A DNA stretch of 64,000 bases from Cyanophora paradoxa CCMP329 (Eukaryota > Plantae > Glaucophyta), in the NCBI GenBank assembly GCA_004431415.1, contig QPMI01000604.1, positions 1-64,000 of the forward strand. Reading direction: 5' to 3'. This document shows, one piece after another, positions 62,901 through 64,000 of this stretch. Made by a program: the position numbers and the translations under genes. The notes under the pieces were generated by a model. That model made no database searches. It was not told where the DNA came from and saw only the letters and a program-made list of their open reading frames with translations. How positions within the stretch are numbered: the first letter of the stretch is position 1; each line of letters opens with the position of its first letter.

Positions 62901-64000
62901 TGACGATCCTCAACGGCATGGGCCTCATGGGCCGCGTCGCCGAGCAGGTGGGTGGCCCAGCTTTCCAGCTTTCCTTAAGCTCGCCCGGCTCACTTCGCCT
63001 TTCCTTCCAGCCGGTGTGGACGCCCGGCGAGAACGGGGACAAGCTGAAGATCTCGGTGAGCTACCCGGAGCGCCTCTGGCCCTGGACGGGATACCTGGGC
63101 GTGCACATCACGGTGGACGCCTCCGCCGACAAGTTCGACGGGTTCGCGGAGGGCAAGCTTTCCGTGAAGGTCGCCAGCCCGGGCGACACGCCGGTGCCCT
63201 TGCCCTTGCCCTCCGCCGCAGCGCCCGCCCCGCCCCTGACTGATCGAGCCGGGCAGGACGAGCCCGAGCGTACGAGCGTGGCGGAGCTGCCCATCCGCGC
63301 CAAGATCATCCCCACGCCCGACGTGCGCCCGTCCCGTCCCCTGCCTGCTTCGCTCCGCGCTCCGCCTCGTCCCGATGACGCCGCGGCGGCGCAGCGCTCG
63401 AAGCGGATCCTGTGGGACCAGTTCCACAACCTGCAGTACCCCCCGGGCTTCATGCCCCGCGACAACCTCAACATCAAGGCGCGCGCCCAGCGCCCCGCGC
63501 CCAGCGCAACGCTGAACGCTTAACGCGCCCTTCCGGGCCTTGACGCCCGCCCCGCCCCGCAGGACGACGTGCTGGACTGGAACGGGGACCACCCGCACAC
63601 GAACTACCGCGGGGCCTACAGCCAGCTCCGCGAGCACGGGTCCGCGCGCGCCCTTGCAGCCGCGCCCGCCCACCCTACCCACCTACCCCCCCCTCCCCCC
63701 CCCCAGGTTCTTCGTGGAGCTGCTGGGGAGGCCCTTCACCTGCTTCGACGCCAAGGAGTACGGTCCGCGCCCCGCCGGCCCACCCGCCAGCGCCAGCGAC
63801 CTCCCCCGCCCCGCCAGCGCCCGCCCCGCCAGCGCCCGCCCCGCCCCAGCCAGCGACCTTCCCCCCGACCCCCTTTGATGCGGTACCCCCGGCAGGGGCG
63901 CTGGTGCTGGTGGACTCGGAGGAGGAGTACTTCCCCGAGGAGGTCCAGAAGATCAAGGCCGTGCGCCCGCCCGCCCGCACCCGGGAGGGAAGAGGGGGGG
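59901..64000 (+). CDS. MBTPS1: Site-1 protease (SKI-1/MBTPS1 subtilase), runs off window end
   Basis: Signal peptide; RRLL autoprocessing site; VAIFDTG, LDDGLGHGTFVAG, SYTSWFLDAFNYAI, SAIGNDGPLYGTLNNPADQ, SGTSVASPVV, CPYMWPFCTQPLY, RILWDQFHNLQYPPG, LDWNGDHPHTNY. Confidence 0.95.

Noticed and set aside
19788-64000. Numerous long Arg/Pro/Gly/Ala-rich ORFs in the ORF track (e.g. 21823-23382, 58006-59271, 60008-61651)
   Set aside because: Shadow frames caused by high GC. They overlap better-supported spliced genes on the opposite strand or in another frame.

Overview
GC-rich, intron-dense eukaryotic DNA. It is probably a glaucophyte-like alga: the starch synthase resembles Cyanophora GBSS from memory and has no obvious transit peptide (needs BLAST). 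Positions 1-13931 are the 3' part of a very large intron-free mobile element. It carries Gag-like CCHC knuckles, about 10 kb of unrecognisable same-strand coding sequence and a Gypsy/Ginger-type DDE integrase. No reverse transcriptase or RNase H is visible. It ends in ...ACA inside a decayed partial duplicate of a neighbouring gene. The rest of the window is host genes, in order: C2H2/BTB, F-box/LRR, coiled-coil, PMP3/RCI2 proteolipid, RI-like LRR, RPS5, C2-like CaaX protein, kinesin-light-chain-like TPR, GBSS, RING-H2, TPR fragments, UBL-PNGase, DUF72, CD2BP2/Lin1 and site-1 protease. Highlights: (i) the giant RT-less knuckle-integrase element; (ii) a 307-bp TGT...ACA MITE with 89-bp perfect TIRs and a 4-bp TSD inserted in the KTGGL motif of GBSS; (iii) a PMP3 gene apparently built from 2-, 5-, 7- and 15-nt microexons; (iv) a eukaryotic DUF72 protein ending in a canonical PCNA PIP box; (v) unusual intron features: frequent GC donors, (GATCA)n microsatellite introns and duplicated exon-end/donor junctions. 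All exon models were assembled by eye.
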